From an uncultured delta proteobacterium (lineage in GTDB: Bacteria; Myxococcota; Myxococcia; Myxococcales; Myxococcaceae), in contig CAVYSY010000054.1 of the NCBI GenBank assembly GCA_963771175.1, forward strand, positions 125,838 to 189,837: a DNA stretch of 64,000 nt. The letters run 5' to 3'. Positions 32,800 to 41,490 of the stretch are shown here, in pieces; the stretch's first letter is position 1, and every line of letters starts with the position of its first letter. Position numbers and translations under genes: made by a program. The notes beneath the pieces are model-generated. The model searched no databases, had not been told where the DNA came from, and saw only the letters and a program-made list of their open reading frames with translations.

Positions 32800-33890
32800 C
32801 AGCGTGAGTCTGACTTGCCCGCTCGGGCTAACCTGCTTGTGTGCGCGATGACCAGGGCTCTGTTGGCAGTGCCTTCGTCTGCGCTCGGCACTCAGTCGAG
32901 CTGGCCCAAGCTTCACGGGCTCGGAACAGACCCAGTGACTGGACGTAGATGGCAGGCTCGATGACACGCGGATTCTTAATCGAGGAATCATCGCCTCGAC
33001 AGGCAGCCAATGAAAGCAGTCCGTGTCGGCCGGCTCAGGTGCTATGCTCTCCGACAGGACCTTGCCGCATAGTGATCTTCCTCGCGGTTCAGAGCGTGGG
33101 GTCTGGAGGTAACTAGATGCACATGCCAGGGGCATGTGGCCGATAGATAGTCGGCCGAATGCTCGTTGATGCTTGGCCAAGTGAATGAGCACCTACACTC
33201 CAGGAGTCTGGGAAGCGGGCTAGGTAGAGTGCTTGCATCCGAATTAGGGTGCGTTCGCGAAGTCCAACTCACATGAACTCACCGCACACGAAGATTGCAG
33301 CACTTCAGTCCACCGCCACGCTCAAAAGACGATTGGCGAGGCTCGAGTATCGCCGGTCGGAGGACCTTGAGAGTGTTCAGATGATTATGCCGCTCAAGAG
33401 CAGGCTGTCGGGCTTTTTGCGAATGATCTGCACTGAAGGTTGATGCGTTAAAGGTCTTTTACGGCGTGCGCGTCAGTGCCGTTCTTTGATGTCGATGTCA
33501 GCGAAGGATTCCGCACCTCTGCAGGCTTTGATGCCGTCCCATTAATGACCTGCGTGCATCGAAGACGAAGAACTCTCCAGGGTATATCCAAGCGAGTCCA
33601 GGCTCGGGCATCAATCCACCGAGTTTCCCGATGGCCGCCATGACTGAAGCCGGTCTGCCACGCAGGCGAGTACCTCTCATTCACCGACACGAAGGAATGA
33701 ACTACCAGCGTAGGCGTCTCTGTTGAGGGGTGCTCGACGCCCTCTCTACTTCAGCCAAGCTCGCGCTACCGCAGGCCAGTGGCTCTGTCGGCGAACTCTT
33801 GGAGGCAGATGATACGCGCTTCGCTGTCTCGATTAGAGGGCTGGTTGGGGCTGCCATGGCGCTAAAACCTTGTTGTACGAGAGTGCGCGA
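32800..33890. other. Low-GC segment without a credible ORF
   Basis: Two hand-counted lines give 52% and 57% GC against 72% for a line inside the RT; only short ORFs without myxobacterial GC3 bias. Confidence 0.6.
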
Positions 33891-35319
33891 TGCGGGTTAC
33901 GCTCCGCGCCTCCAGCGCGGCGAGCCGCTCCAGGAACGCGCGGCCCTTCGCCGGGTCCGTCATGTGGATGAAGGCGGCCATGCCCTTGAGCTGGTCGAGC
34001 GTCTCGCCCTCCTTGCCCGGCTTGCCCTTCTCCCGGTTGTGCAGCGCCGCTCGCAACTGGCGCACCACCTCGCGCGGCACTCGCGCCCCGGGCTGGCCCT
34101 TCGCGGCCTCGTTCACCACCAGCCCCGTCACCGCCTGCCGGTTCCCCGGCTTCATCACCCGCGTCTTGTCCGGATGCACCCGGAAGCCCTCGGCCTCCAG
34201 CACCCGCTCCACCCGGGCGATCAGCACCGCCACCGGCGCCTCCGGCTTCGTCTTGCTCTTGCGCCAGGAGAACGTCAGGTCATCCGCGTAGCGCGTGTAC
34301 GTGAAGCCCAATCGCCTCGACAGCGCCGACAGCCGCTTGTCCAGGCGCAGGCACAGCGCGTTGGTGATTCCCGGAGACGTCGGCGCCCCCTGCGGCAGCG
34401 CTCGCGGGCCCTTCGCCACGTACAGCGTCTTGCCTCGGAACTGCACCACCTCGCGCGGCGCCTCCGTGGCCATCAGCGCCAGCAGCGTCGCCGTGTTCTC
34501 CGGCAGCCCGCCCTTGCGCAACACGCCCTTCACCCGCCGCCACGTCACCGAGGGGAAGAAGTCCTTGATGTCCATCTTCACCAATACGTCCGCGCCCTTG
34601 TGCGCCAGCGCGTTGGTGACGATGGACCGCCCCGCCACGAAGCCGTGCGCCGCCCCGTGCACCGGCAGCCGCTCCACCACGTTCGCCAGCACCCAGCGCT
34701 GCGCCGCCTTCAGCTCCTTCTTCGGCGCGGTGATGGTCCGCTTCCCTCCGTCCCGCTTGGGAATCTCCCAGCTGACGTAGTGCGTCCCCGTGTCCACCTC
34801 CCGGTGGTAGGCGAACCAGCGCAGCCTCGCCACGCTCAGCCCCAGCGCCTTCGACAGCGACTGCGCCGACTCCAGCTCCGGCAGCTCGTTCGCCTTCGCC
34901 CGCTCCTCGCGGTCCTTCAGGTCGAACGCGTCCGGACCCGCCGCCTCGCTCCAGTGCACCCCCGCGCCCAGGTGGTTGATGTGCGTGGTGCGCCACGCCT
35001 CCCACGCCAGGCGCTCCAGCGCGCGGCGCTCGGCGGCCTCGGCCTTCTTCTTCTCCTTCCAGGCCGCCTTCTCCTTCTCGGAGAGCTCGCTGACGTCCTC
35101 GTGCTCGGGCGCGAGCCCCTTGGCCTTCAGCTCGGCGTCGACCCACGCCTCCTTGCCACCGGCCTCCTCAATCGCCTTCCAGCGGGCCAGCCGCGCCTGC
35201 TCCTCGCGCTGGCGCACCTCGCGCTGGGCCACCACGTTGGCCGAGGCGGGCGCCGGGGCGGGGGAGGACACCACCGCGGGGGCCGCGGCGGGGACGAACG
35301 TCTCGAGCTTCGCGGTCAT
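33862..35319 (-). CDS. ret: Retron reverse transcriptase, Mx162/Sa163-like
   Basis: IPKRDG, AHGF, NALAH (region X NAxxH), DIKDFF, LPQGAPTSP, YADD, VTG (region Y); long N-terminal extension; RBS GAGGTG. Confidence 0.96.
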   Translation of the reverse strand: MTAKLETFVPAAAPAVVSSPAPAPASANVVAQREVRQREEQARLARWKAIEEAGGKEAWVDAELKAKGLAPEHEDVSELSEKEKAAWKEKKKAEAAERRALERLAWEAWRTTHINHLGAGVHWSEAAGPDAFDLKDREERAKANELPELESAQSLSKALGLSVARLRWFAYHREVDTGTHYVSWEIPKRDGGKRTITAPKKELKAAQRWVLANVVERLPVHGAAHGFVAGRSIVTNALAHKGADVLVKMDIKDFFPSVTWRRVKGVLRKGGLPENTATLLALMATEAPREVVQFRGKTLYVAKGPRALPQGAPTSPGITNALCLRLDKRLSALSRRLGFTYTRYADDLTFSWRKSKTKPEAPVAVLIARVERVLEAEGFRVHPDKTRVMKPGNRQAVTGLVVNEAAKGQPGARVPREVVRQLRAALHNREKGKPGKEGETLDQLKGMAAFIHMTDPAKGRAFLERLAALEARSVTRIAHSRTTRF

Positions 35320-35405
35320 CGAGGCACCTCGGAATGGCGAGCGGGCTTCATCCGGGGCGGGGCAGCACGGCGCGAGCGGTCGAGGGAGGCCTGGAACAAC
35401 ACCAC

Positions 35406-35567
35406 CTGCTCACCTGGGGCACGGTAGCCTCACCGGCTCTCCCCGGTAGAGGGGTCTAGGCCCCTTGGGGAAACGGCGGTTGCGTCGTTGGCTCAGCTCC
35501 CCGAGGGGCCTAGACCCCTCTACCGGGAGAGAGCCAAGAACAGGCTACCTTGCGGAGAGTGTCCAGC
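35406..35567 (+). other. msd: msd: predicted msDNA (~162 nt; the + strand equals the cDNA)
   Basis: GGTAGCCT/AGGCTACC base stem plus ~37-bp stem 35435-35471/35498-35535; ends (CACCTGGGGCACGGTAGCC, CCTTGCGGAGAGTGTCC) match Mx162 msDNA as I recall it. Confidence 0.85.
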
Positions 35568-35637
35568 ATTGCATCCAGAGCGGCGCAGCGCCGCTCCCGC
35601 GCTCGAGGCGCTGAGGCTGATGCTTTTCCGGACCTCT
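35560..35637 (-). ncRNA. msr: msr RNA with predicted branching G at 35617
   Basis: AGAGGUCCGGAAAAGCAUCAG with the G directly after the stem; hairpins at 35599-35611 and 35578-35596; 3' end overlaps the msd 3' end. Confidence 0.82.
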
Positions 35638-35766
35638 CTCGACCGCTCGCGCTACCTGGCGCGTCTGCCGTGCTTCGTCGCGTCCGCCCCTCCCGGCCGC
35701 GAGGAGCGCGACCGGACAACCGTTGGGATTTCTACACCATCCTGGAAGCCGAGTCGATGAACGGCG

Positions 35767-36498
35767 TCATTCATTCCAGGGGCGCAGCGGGGTGAGGAGG
35801 CCGGCCTGGGCGAGGCGCTCGGACACGTCGCGGGCCAGCTCCACGTGGGCGGGGTTGGTGGCGGTGAAGCGCTCGGGGGTGAGGATGACGAGCGTGCCCT
35901 TGTCCTCGACGGGCTCGACGTGGACGGGGGAAGGCAGGGGGGGCAGCGGGCCGCGGCGGTGGGAGAAGTACATGAGCCAGCCGACGAAGGCGCCGGCATC
36001 GGCGGATTCCGGTGCCATCATTCTCCGAAGCTCGTGGGAGGTGGTGACGCCCCATTCGGGTTCGAAGGCCATGGCCATGGCGCGCAGTATCCGGGCGAGC
36101 ACGGGGGCCTGGAGCACGCGCTCCCTGGCGGGGCCTTCCTCCGGCGGGTCGAACAGGCACAAGTTGGAGACCCAGACGGATGCATCACCACAGAGGAACG
36201 ACATGGTGCTTGCTGCCTCATCGGTCTTCCCATTCCAGCCGCTCAGCGAGAAGCCCTCGTCGGCGAAGCGCCCCTCCTTTTGCGCTTGCTGGTTGAATAC
36301 TCTCGCGAGACTCGCCGCATCGGATTCAATGCGATGCTTCAGCGCCTCCTCGAGGGTCCGGCCTTTTCTGAACCAGTGAGTGAGGCTCGGGTCGCATGAG
36401 GCCAGCAGGCGAAAGAAGGACTCGGCACGCTGAGCACAGGCCTCGGCCGACTCTCGCCGCGCCAGCCAGTAGGCTCCAACATAATAGGTTTCTTGCAT
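35767..36498 (-). CDS. Imm52-family immunity protein
   Basis: METYY.GAYW..R.ES...CA, GFSLSGWN, VGWLMY, PLPSPVHVEPVEDKGTLVILTPERFTA.NP.H; follows a REase toxin. Confidence 0.88.
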   Translation of the reverse strand: MQETYYVGAYWLARRESAEACAQRAESFFRLLASCDPSLTHWFRKGRTLEEALKHRIESDAASLARVFNQQAQKEGRFADEGFSLSGWNGKTDEAASTMSFLCGDASVWVSNLCLFDPPEEGPARERVLQAPVLARILRAMAMAFEPEWGVTTSHELRRMMAPESADAGAFVGWLMYFSHRRGPLPPLPSPVHVEPVEDKGTLVILTPERFTATNPAHVELARDVSERLAQAGLLTPLRPWNE

Positions 36499-36507
36499 GC
36501 TGCGTCC

Positions 36508-37885
36508 TCACTGTGCTGGCGGGGGGAAGACCTTGATACGGCCGCGGCTCTGTTTCTCGAGCAGATCTCGCATGACGTCTGCTACCTCGCGCTCGGCGAA
36601 ATGCCACTGGATGGGAGTCCCATTGGCTGCTCTGAGCTGTCGCTGGGCCTGTGTCGAGCATCTCCTCGACGCCTTCGAACCACGGCTTGCCGTGCATCTT
36701 CTTGAGCAGTTCCCGGTAGCCGGGTCCCTTGACCTCCAGGAGCACGCCGTTCTTGAAGCCGTCGAAGTCCACGAAGTCCCTGGGCCCTGGCCCGGTGCGG
36801 ACGCGGTAGACCCAGCCCTCGGGAGCGCCCGTTACCTCGGTTTGATAGCGCCGCGAATCCTCGGACATGCTCTCCGTCTTCTGCTCCCATTGGCCGGGTC
36901 CCGCGGGGGTCGGTGGCCATGAGCCGAGAGCGCTGGCCGGGTTGTTGCCTTGCGCCATGAAGACGATGGAGACCGATGCGGCACCGGCCCCCACCGCTGC
37001 GGTCGTGGCTCCGGCCGGCACCGTCAGCTCACGCACGACCAGTGCACCCCGGGCCGACACGGTGAGCACCGGAAGTCGCGAGGCCGAGGCCATCCGAGGT
37101 CCCACCGTGGCCGCACCGCCCTGGAGCGTCAGCAGGTGCGTGGCCAGTCGCGCGGCCTCGCGAGTCTGGTCCTCCAGGTTCATCGCCCCATAGCGGGCGA
37201 AGTACTCGGGGGAGTGGGCAATGAGGCCAGCCACCGCCGAGGGCAGTTGGGCCAGTCCTTCCAGGGTTCGCGCTGGTTCGGTGATGAAGGCCGCCAGGCC
37301 GCGCGCCATCTCCTCCAGTGCGTCCTCCGCGCCCAACAGCGCGGCGGTGGCGGGGTCTCGTCCCAGGGGCCGTTCGCCGACGGGAAGCCCTTGTTTCCGC
37401 AGGGCCTCGTCCACGGCGTAGAAGACGCCACCCTCGTCGAAGTGGAAGGCGCCCACGCGCATGCGCTGCACGTACAGCTCACCCTGGTGGAGGCTGGGGT
37501 GGCCCAGGTTGGCCACGGGCTTCCCGGTGAGCGCCACGGCGCAGTAGCCATCCGGGCGAACCACCACCAGCCGGCGGAAGCGCTCGGTGCGGGCGAGCAG
37601 CTCGGCGTAGGGCAGGGGCTGTCCGGTGGCGAGGGTCTCGCGTACCAGGCGGGCCAGCGCGGTGCGGGGCGCGAAGGTCCGAAGAGTGGCGGGGCTCTCC
37701 AGCAGGCCACGCCAGAGGGACCGGGCCTTGTCCGGGGTGAGGGACTGGCCCGGAGTCAGGTGGACGGACTCCGGAAGGCCGGAGTGCCGCAGGAGCACCT
37801 GGAGCTCATCCGCCTCGGCGGCGAGGGCACCAGAGGCCAGCAACAGCACGGCGGCCAGGAGCGCGGCGGGGGTTGGAAACCTCAT
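36508..37885 (-). CDS. Polymorphic toxin with C-terminal Tox-REase-5 domain (frameshift near 36652)
   Basis: GPGQW...ESMS..SRRYQ..VTG, DFDGF...LLEVKGPGY; shifted frame reads QAQRQLRAANGTPIQWHFAE...PPPAQ* (TGA 36508-36510); signal peptide, RBS GGAG. Confidence 0.85.
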
Positions 37886-37941
37886 GGCTCCATGCTGGCA
37901 GGTGCCACGTACAACAGCCACACTGCCGACCCTGCCTCTTC

Positions 37942-39543
37942 TCAGGCCTCCTCGAGGAGGAGGCGGCCGCAGCGGTCGCCAATCATCATCGAGGGGGCGT
38001 TGGTGTTGCCCGAGGTGACAAAGGGCATGATGGCGGCGCTCGCCAACCGCAGGCCCTTGACGCCACGCACGCGCAGCCGCGGGTCCACCACGGCCAGGTC
38101 ATCCGTGCCCATCTTGCACGTGCCCACCGAGTGGAAGTCGGCTTCGGAGTACTGCCGCAGGGCCTCCACCAACTGCGCATCGCTGGCGATGCTCGGGCCG
38201 GGGGTGTGCTCCACGTCCTCCACCCAGTCGCGCAGGCCCGGCGCGCCCAGCAGCTCGCGGACGAGCTTGTAACCCTCGAGTTGATGGGCGACGTCCTCGT
38301 CCGTGCCCAGGAAGTTCGGCTCGATGATGGGGCTGTCCCCGTGGTCCGCCGAGCGCAGCTTCACGGTGCCTCGGCTCGTCGGGTGCAGGTTGATGAGGCC
38401 GAAGGCCAGCGCCTCGGAGGGGTAGGAGCCCCAGCCGTAGCGCATGTAATACGTCTGCACCTGGAACTTCGGGCTTCCCTCCTGCGGACCGTTGCCCACG
38501 AAGAGGTTCACGTCCATGGTCGTGGTATGGGAGGCGGGCTCGGGTTGCCGCAGCTTCCTCACCGCCACCGAGACGAGGTGGTCGTGCAGGTTCTTCCCCA
38601 CTCCTGGCACGTTGGCCACCACGGGAATGCCATGGGGCGCGAGCTCCTCCGGAGCGCCAATGCCCGAGAGCATCAGCAGGTGGGGCGTCTGGATGGTGCC
38701 CGCGCAGACGATGACCTCGCGACTGGCCTGCACCGACATCTCCCCGCCGTCGCTGTCGAGGATGACGCGGTCGAGCTTCTTCGAGTCATCGAAGACGAGG
38801 CGCTTCACCCGGGCGTTCATCATCAGCGTGAGCCGGGGGTTGGCCAGGTGCTGTGAAACGAAGGCGGAGAAGGCGTCCTGGCGGAGGCCGTCCACCACGT
38901 TGAGCTGGGTATAGGTGACGCCCAGTTGGTTGTCGCCGTTGTAGTCCGCGTTGAAGGGGTAGCCGAGGTTGACCGCTGCCTGGACGATGGCTTGGGACAG
39001 CCCGTGTTGCGCGGTCAGCGCGTTCGAGGGACGGATGGGTCCGCTCAGGGCCTGGAACGAGGGCTGGACGCTCGCGAAGTCCCAGCCGGTGCACCCGGCG
39101 GCGGCCCAGCCGTTGTAGTCGGCCTTGTTGCCGAGCACCCAGACCATGCCGTTGATGGAGCTGCTGCCGCCGAGCACCTTGCCGCAGGAGTAGGACTGGG
39201 GCTTGCCATTCAGCGCGGCCTGCGGCTCGGACTTGTAGGCCCAGTCTGTCGCGGAGCCCGGCTGCGTCATTTTCCAGGACTGGGTGAAGTCCCTGACCTC
39301 AGGGAGCTCGTTCGTGCCTCCGGCTTCGATGAGGAGCACGCGGGCCTTCGAATCATTGAGGAGCCTGGCCGCCAGCGTACAGCCCGCAGAGCCGGCGCCG
39401 ATGATGATGTAGTCGTACTCCTTGGAGTCCGAGCACCCGATGAGCGTGGGCATCGCGAGCGCGGCACCCGAGAGGCCGAGGAGCTTCAGAAGCTCGCGAC
39501 GGGAGTACCTGCCAGCTGCTGCCTTCTGGAGGAGAGCCTTCAT
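37942..39543 (-). CDS. GMC oxidoreductase, Tat-exported lipoprotein
   Basis: SRRELLK Tat motif, LIGC lipobox, YDYIIIGAGSAG, GKVLGGSSSIN, GKNLHDH, FHSVGTC, GNTNAP. Confidence 0.92.
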   Translation of the reverse strand: MKALLQKAAAGRYSRRELLKLLGLSGAALAMPTLIGCSDSKEYDYIIIGAGSAGCTLAARLLNDSKARVLLIEAGGTNELPEVRDFTQSWKMTQPGSATDWAYKSEPQAALNGKPQSYSCGKVLGGSSSINGMVWVLGNKADYNGWAAAGCTGWDFASVQPSFQALSGPIRPSNALTAQHGLSQAIVQAAVNLGYPFNADYNGDNQLGVTYTQLNVVDGLRQDAFSAFVSQHLANPRLTLMMNARVKRLVFDDSKKLDRVILDSDGGEMSVQASREVIVCAGTIQTPHLLMLSGIGAPEELAPHGIPVVANVPGVGKNLHDHLVSVAVRKLRQPEPASHTTTMDVNLFVGNGPQEGSPKFQVQTYYMRYGWGSYPSEALAFGLINLHPTSRGTVKLRSADHGDSPIIEPNFLGTDEDVAHQLEGYKLVRELLGAPGLRDWVEDVEHTPGPSIASDAQLVEALRQYSEADFHSVGTCKMGTDDLAVVDPRLRVRGVKGLRLASAAIMPFVTSGNTNAPSMMIGDRCGRLLLEEA

Positions 39544-39645
39544 GAATGTCTGTCTTTGTTATGGGGTCGAGGGCCGGGAAGGGTGTCCTCTCCGGCGCCC
39601 CGCTTCATAACGGACCGCGAACGTGCTGGCGACTCGTTCCGCCGG

Positions 39646-41490
39646 CTACACCGCCCCGCCCACCGAGTCGATGAAGCCCTCGGCGGCCAGGGACTCCAGG
39701 CGCGCGAAGTACGTCGTACGCGCCTCGGAGTCCGTGTCGAACCACAGCCGCTGGTGGCGCTGCTCGCCCAGGCGCGGGCCCCACTCGACGGACACCAGCT
39801 TGCCGTCCAGCGATACCCGGTACACCTGCTCCTGGCCGGACTCGTCGCGCCGCACGTACGAGCGCGTCTCCGCGCGGATGAGCGCCCGTCCCTTCGGCGT
39901 CTGCCGCAGCGCCTCCTCCTGCGCCCTCTGCCGCGCGTACGCCAGCCGCAAGGCAATCATGTGCTCGCACGGGCCCTCGCGCAGCCCCGAGCGCCGGTAG
40001 TGCGGGCAGCCGCAGCTCGCCTCGCGCACCCGGCCCTCCAAATCCAGCAGGAAGCCGGGGAAGAAGCTGCGCACCGCCTCGCGGTCCACCACCTCGCCGC
40101 TCAGTCGAGTGCCCACTCCCACCACGTCGTGCACCTTGGTGAGCTTCACCTCGCCCGCCCCCGCGCCGCCGTCGCCCAGCAGCCGGTGCGCCCGCTCCTC
40201 GCGCTCGTTGCCGTAGCGGATGACGGCCTCGTCCACCGGCGTGGAGAGCAGCTCGCGCGGCCGGTACGTCCCCTTGGCGATGTCATAGAGCACTCGCCCG
40301 CGCAGGCACTCGAGCTGCAGCGCCCCGCGCACCGCGTCCTTCGGCGCGTCCGTGCCCGAGGCGAGCGCCTCGAACGTCTGGGGGCCCTCCTTGCGCAGCC
40401 GGTTGCGCAGCTTCTCCGCGAGCCCGTCCGGCACCGCGCGCGGCATGAGCGCATCGAAGGCCGCCGCGCTGGACCAGCCGCTCTCCGTCCACCCGGTGAG
40501 CGCCAGCGTCAGCGTGGCCGGCCCGAGGTCGATGACCCAGAACACCGGCAGGCCCGGCCCGAGCATCTGCACGCGCACGCCCTGCGCGTGGGGCAGCAGG
40601 CGCGCGAGGGCCGCCAGCCGCTGCCGTCCGAAGGTGCGCACCACCGCGGGCGTGCTGCCCTGGTACTTCGGCCCGTGGCACTCCAGCACCAGCTCCCATG
40701 GCTCCACCACCAGCCGGGGCTGCGCGCCGGGGACGAGCTCGAAGCGCAGCGCGCGCGGGGCCTTCTTCGCCTTCCGGGTGCGCAGCGCGAAGAGCAGGTT
40801 GTACAAATCAATCGGCGCCAGCGTGCAGGTGCTCGCCGGCAGGGTGGCGGCGGACTGCACCTGGAGGAAGCCGCGCAGCCACGCGTGGGGCACCTCCACG
40901 TTGCGCGGGGCGCGGGACTCGGCGGCGCGCGCGGGCAGGGCCACGTGGGCCTCCAGCGACACCGGCACGTAGGTGCGCAGCCGGTCCACCTTGGCCAGCA
41001 GGTCCGCCGGCACGTCCAGGAAGGTGGAACCGTGCGCGGCCTCGCGGCCCTCGAAGAGCGAGTTGTCGAAGGACAGGCGCGCATAGGCGCTCTCGTCGCG
41101 GGAGAACACCTCCAGCGACACCTGGTCCGGGTCCACGGTGAGGACCGGGTCCAACACCGCGTCCGCCTTCTGCTCGCCCTCCAGGGACTGCTCCAGGAAG
41201 GCCTTCTGCGCCTCCCAGATTTGAGCGGTGGCGCGCTTGCCCTGCTTCATCAGGTAGGCGAGGTACGCGGTGCGGTCCTTGCCCCGGTAGCGCAAGTCGC
41301 TGGCGAGGATGCCGAGCATCGCGGCGAGCGAGTCCCGGAAGAGCGCGGGCTCGCGCACCCGGCCGCGTACGCCCACGGTGCCCCGCGAGCCCTCCAGGGC
41401 CAGCAGGACGTGTGAGGCATTGGCGCCGGCGTCCACGTCACTCGTGGTGGCGTAGCGCAGCTCGACGGCGTGGTGGGTGGCGGTGCTCAC
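39646..41490 (-). CDS. SWIM zinc finger + C-terminal WGR-like domain protein (retron-associated)
   Basis: GTG start overlapping the upstream TGA; DPVLTV..D...EVFS.DESAY N-domain, SWIM CGC-x11-PCEH, then YRVSLDG..V..EWG...AEGF WGR-like tail. Confidence 0.85.
   Translation of the reverse strand: MSTATHHAVELRYATTSDVDAGANASHVLLALEGSRGTVGVRGRVREPALFRDSLAAMLGILASDLRYRGKDRTAYLAYLMKQGKRATAQIWEAQKAFLEQSLEGEQKADAVLDPVLTVDPDQVSLEVFSRDESAYARLSFDNSLFEGREAAHGSTFLDVPADLLAKVDRLRTYVPVSLEAHVALPARAAESRAPRNVEVPHAWLRGFLQVQSAATLPASTCTLAPIDLYNLLFALRTRKAKKAPRALRFELVPGAQPRLVVEPWELVLECHGPKYQGSTPAVVRTFGRQRLAALARLLPHAQGVRVQMLGPGLPVFWVIDLGPATLTLALTGWTESGWSSAAAFDALMPRAVPDGLAEKLRNRLRKEGPQTFEALASGTDAPKDAVRGALQLECLRGRVLYDIAKGTYRPRELLSTPVDEAVIRYGNEREERAHRLLGDGGAGAGEVKLTKVHDVVGVGTRLSGEVVDREAVRSFFPGFLLDLEGRVREASCGCPHYRRSGLREGPCEHMIALRLAYARQRAQEEALRQTPKGRALIRAETRSYVRRDESGQEQVYRVSLDGKLVSVEWGPRLGEQRHQRLWFDTDSEARTTYFARLESLAAEGFIDSVGGAV

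Larger units (their letters stand above)
35370..35652 (-). ncRNA. Retron msr-msd non-coding RNA
   Basis: Arms 35618-35652 and 35370-35404 pair over ~35 bp (19/20 in the outer part) and enclose msr hairpins and a long msd hairpin; ends ~50 bp before the RT start. Confidence 0.93.

Noticed and set aside
32734..33690. Short ORFs in the low-GC segment as a retron effector
   Set aside because: No RBS, motifs or codon bias; they overlap inconsistently
35435..35535. Rho-independent terminator or MITE
   Set aside because: Explained as the msd stem; no U-tract; nested within the a1/a2 arms
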